In this document: piece by piece, positions 60,745 to 64,000 of the stretch
Numbering within the stretch: position 1 is the stretch's first letter
Layout of the letters: each line of letters opens with the position of its first letter
NCBI GenBank assembly: GCA_021463645.1
Contig: JAJTYI010000006.1
Span: 117,692 to 181,691 of the forward strand
Direction: 5' to 3'
Length of the DNA stretch: 64,000 nt
DNA from: a bacterium
GTDB lineage: Bacteria > Patescibacteriota > Dojkabacteria > B142 > OLB20
Translations under genes and position numbers: made by a program
The notes under the pieces: model-generated
Told to the model about the DNA's origin: nothing
Databases searched by the model: none
Seen by the model: the letters and a program-made list of their open reading frames with translations, nothing else

Positions 60745-60965
60745 ATAAAAAAAGTCCCTATGTATATTTACAGAGTAAACATACACAAGGACTCTTTCCG
60801 AAATTGCGGAACAGCGGTGCCACCTATTTTCCCAATTATTTATATTGGACTCTTTTAGAAATATTTAATTTTATGGAATCAGTCGATCGACTGTTTTTCC
60901 TTCAAAAAGCTATCTCATTAATGGTTCGCGTACAATACTGGGTAGCTTTTTTCTGTGTTGAAGAA
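60745..60965 (-). promoter_or_regulatory. T-box riboswitch upstream of serS
   Basis: Minus strand AATAGGTGGCACCGC (60828-60814), antiterminator partner GTCCT, long terminator AGTCCTTGTGTATGTTTAC/GTAAATATACATAGGGACT plus T-run. Confidence 0.8.
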
Positions 60966-61051
60966 TTAGTTAAATGATATCAGTAGTAAGAATTACAGTC
61001 AATGTATATTTAAGAAGAGACTGTTTAAATTTTAAGGAGAATTTTCAGAAT

Positions 61052-61840
61052 TTAGAAAGTTTGGTTACAATTGCTACATAAAACTTCGGATAAGATTTGC
61101 TTCTCCATCTTAAGAATTTCATATAGAGGATTGGTCCAGGATAAATGTAATTCATCAAGGAAATAATCAGCTTTCAATTTTTGGATTTTTGGAGTTTCTC
61201 GATATCGTGGGTTCAAAACAATCTCCTCACGAGCATTTTTTCTAATACAATAGTAGGCAAGTCCACCTTCTTTTCGTAGTAGGTTGTAGTCGGCATGTGA
61301 ATGTGTTTTATTGATTTTTAAAAAGATAACAGGGAAATCTTGTGTATTGATAAAGGTAAAGAAATAACCTTTTGGAATCGCACACTTTTGTCCTTGGCTT
61401 ACTTTTATAATGTAGGCTTTCTCTACATAAGTATCAAACTCGAATTCGTCGGTTGGGAGCTTGTTTTTTTGCATTATGATTGTCAACTTACCATATAGTA
61501 CTTCCACTATTGTTGTATAACTCCCGTTGGAACTCATCATTGGGGAGTAATAAATATGCGACTTTATATACTCAATTCCAAGCAAACCCGCAGGTAGGTA
61601 AATAATATCAAGATTAACCTCTGAATCTGCTAGATAATTATCATCGTGATGGTATACGGAATTGTACTCGTCATAAACATCCTTTGGGTAGCTCAGAGAC
61701 TTGTTTAATAATGTTGGTAGGAGACTCGCTAGACTAACAGTTTGGGGTTGGTTGGTTACAATATCTTCTGACAGGAGCAGAGTATTATTCTTTGTATCCA
61801 GACTTATCGATAAATTACAATTATCTAGCAAAGTTACCAT
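61052..61840 (-). CDS. Cupin-type (archaeal-like) glucose-6-phosphate isomerase homologue, metal ligands degenerate
   Basis: DI..LP.G.LG.EY.K, EVL.G....MQK, GQK..IP.GY....IN resemble cupin PGI. Confidence 0.6.
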   Translation of the reverse strand: MVTLLDNCNLSISLDTKNNTLLLSEDIVTNQPQTVSLASLLPTLLNKSLSYPKDVYDEYNSVYHHDDNYLADSEVNLDIIYLPAGLLGIEYIKSHIYYSPMMSSNGSYTTIVEVLYGKLTIIMQKNKLPTDEFEFDTYVEKAYIIKVSQGQKCAIPKGYFFTFINTQDFPVIFLKINKTHSHADYNLLRKEGGLAYYCIRKNAREEIVLNPRYRETPKIQKLKADYFLDELHLSWTNPLYEILKMEKQILSEVLCSNCNQTF

Positions 61841-62025
61841 CTGCGGTTATTATTTTCAAGTGAAGAACTTCATTATATGTATGAAAATGTAATTTTGTCA
61901 AATCTCTTTGACAAACATTAAACTATAGGCCTGACCAGGTGCTTGAAACACCATGCTATAAAAGGAAAGAACGTTTTAAAAGAAATTGTCGATTTGTGGA
62001 TAACTTCTTGACAATAATTCGTGGA

Positions 62026-63930
62026 TTAGTAGTTTTTTATGGAATTTATAATCTCAGAAACTACATTTGGGTCTACTAGCGTAGATGTGTCGCCCAAATC
62101 ACTCGTCTCCCCTTGCGCAATTTTCCTGAGTATCCTACGCATAATCTTCCCAGATCTCGTTTTTGGAAGTCCTTCAACAAGCAATATTTTATCCGGTTTG
62201 GCAATAGGTCCGATTATTTTTGAAACAATATTTTTGATTTCATCTGTTAGTTTTTCTAAGTCTGATATTTCCTCTGTTGAGATTATAAAGGCAAAAATAC
62301 CTTGTCCTTTAATCGGATGTGGGTAACCAACTACTGCGGATTCGATAATACTTTGGTGTTCGTTTATTGCACTTTCAATTTCTGCTGTTCCCAATCTGTG
62401 TCCCGAAACATTTATTACATCGTCAACACGTCCAATTATACGGAAATTACCAGTGCTGTCTTTTTTGCATGCATCGCCACTAAAGTATAAGTTTGGAAAT
62501 CTACTAAAATAGTTCATCCTGCATCTTTCGTGATCTCTATATGTTGTTCTAATAATCCCCGGCCATGGGGATTTAAAACATAATAGACCTTCTTTTTCAT
62601 CTTCAAAAATTTCTTCACCTTTTTCGTCAACAATTATTGGCTGAATACCTGGTAGAGGATGTCCTACCCAAGATGGTGTTTCTGGAGAAAGTCCTGCAAG
62701 CGAAGATAACATAATACCTCCAGTTTCTGTTTGCCACCAAGTGTCTACTATGGGACAGCGTTTCTTTCCTACTTTCTCGTGATACCACTTCCAGGCTTCT
62801 TCGTTTATTGGTTCACCAACACTTCCGAGGACTTTTAGCGAAGGCATATCATGTTTATTAACAAATTGATCACCTTGGGCCATCAATGAGCGAATTGCTG
62901 TAGGAGCCGTATAAAACTTCGTTACATTATGTTTTTCTATCACCTCCCAGAACCTACTTGCATCCGGCCAGGTAGGAACTCCTTCAAACATTATGACTGT
63001 AGCACCATTTAGTAGTGGGCCATAAATCATGTAACTATGACCGGTAATCCATCCTACATCTGCAGTACACCAGAAAATATCATCATCATGGTATTGGAAA
63101 ACATTTAAGAAAGTATAATAAGCATAAATCATATATCCGGCCACTGTATGCACCACACCTTTTGGTTTCCCCGTAGAGCCCGATGTGTAAAGGATAAATA
63201 AGTTATCTTCGCTATCCATGATTTCTGGTTCGCAACTGCTACTACTGTATTTAATCTCATCATGCCACCATGAGTCTCTGTCTTTCTTCATATTAACTTC
63301 AATACCGGTCCTTTTGAGTACAATAACATTTTTAATACTTGGGCTTAGTTCTAGTGCCTCGTCGGCGATTTTCTTCAGGTTGATTGTTTTTTCACCCCTG
63401 AATAATCCGTCAGAAGTTATTAACAAAGTACAGTCCGAGTCATTAATTCTTTCTTTTAATGAATTTGCTGAGAAACCGGCAAAGACAACTGAATGAATAG
63501 CTCCAATTCGTGCACAGGCTAATACAGCAATAGTAAGTTCGGGAACCATGGGCATGTAGATGCATACTCGATCACCTTTTTTTACGTTTTTTGACTTTAA
63601 GACATTTGCGAATCTACAGACTTCATTGCTTAACTCTTTATAGCTGAATATCCTTTCATCCTCCCTAGGGTCATTGGGTTCCCAAATTAAGGCAATTTTT
63701 TCTGGATGAGTCTTCGTATTTCGATCAAGTAGGTTTTCGGTAATGTTCAATTTCCCCCCTTTAAACCATTCGACTTTGGGTGTCTCGAATTCCCATGACA
63801 GAACTTCGTCCCACTTTTTATGCCAAGTGAATTCTACTGCTATTTTTGACCAGAAATCTTCAGGACTTTCTATACTTTCTTTATAAATTTCTTCATACTC
63901 TTGCCAACTTGTAATTTGGTTTGTTTGCAT
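62026..63930 (-). CDS. acs: Acetyl-CoA synthetase (AMP-forming)
   Basis: YTSGSTGKPKG, DTWWQTETGG, GRVDDVINVSGHRLG, LPKTRSGKIMRR. Confidence 0.97.
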   Translation of the reverse strand: MQTNQITSWQEYEEIYKESIESPEDFWSKIAVEFTWHKKWDEVLSWEFETPKVEWFKGGKLNITENLLDRNTKTHPEKIALIWEPNDPREDERIFSYKELSNEVCRFANVLKSKNVKKGDRVCIYMPMVPELTIAVLACARIGAIHSVVFAGFSANSLKERINDSDCTLLITSDGLFRGEKTINLKKIADEALELSPSIKNVIVLKRTGIEVNMKKDRDSWWHDEIKYSSSSCEPEIMDSEDNLFILYTSGSTGKPKGVVHTVAGYMIYAYYTFLNVFQYHDDDIFWCTADVGWITGHSYMIYGPLLNGATVIMFEGVPTWPDASRFWEVIEKHNVTKFYTAPTAIRSLMAQGDQFVNKHDMPSLKVLGSVGEPINEEAWKWYHEKVGKKRCPIVDTWWQTETGGIMLSSLAGLSPETPSWVGHPLPGIQPIIVDEKGEEIFEDEKEGLLCFKSPWPGIIRTTYRDHERCRMNYFSRFPNLYFSGDACKKDSTGNFRIIGRVDDVINVSGHRLGTAEIESAINEHQSIIESAVVGYPHPIKGQGIFAFIISTEEISDLEKLTDEIKNIVSKIIGPIAKPDKILLVEGLPKTRSGKIMRRILRKIAQGETSDLGDTSTLVDPNVVSEIINSIKNY

Positions 63931-64000
63931 ATGATTAGAAATAACGAGTATATCAAACGTGTTTGAGAAGTTTTAATTACAAAATACTTTTGATTGATTT

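Noticed and set aside
7141..63496. Numerous 60-180 aa antisense or overlapping ORFs (e.g. 8946-9344, 12582-13001, 53980-54522)
   Set aside because: They are shadow frames of well-conserved genes, with Ser/Ile/Phe-rich antisense composition and no motifs.

Overview
A low-GC, genetic-code-11 bacterial chromosome segment that appears to contain the replication origin. Gene style (few Shine-Dalgarno sites, sortase, many single-pass surface proteins, divergent housekeeping proteins) suggests Patescibacteria/CPR; this is inference. Core genes include rpsO, ftsQ-ftsA-ftsZ, rpoD, rpmH-rnpA, rpoB-rpoC-rpsL-rpsG, yidD, dnaA-oriC-dnaN, pcrA/uvrD (split by one in-frame TAA), dnaG, argS, ftsK, comM, def, hup, a tsaC-tsaE fusion with tsaD, serS (with a T-box) and acs. 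There are two tRNA genes, Asn-GTT and the unusual Arg-GCG. The most striking unexplained structure is that both tRNA genes, 24 kb apart, are followed by copies of their own T-arm and 3' acceptor strand. In each copy the T-loop is interrupted by a 62-94 nt cassette of hairpins sharing the core CCTTGCTTTCGCAAGG. This is a candidate tRNA T-loop-targeting mini-element or tRNA-mimic RNA family. Also notable are a six-cysteine module shared by three surface proteins, a gene with a Kunitz-like tail bracketed by a 21-bp direct repeat, and several candidate structured RNAs. All calls were made by eye; no searches or folding computations were run.
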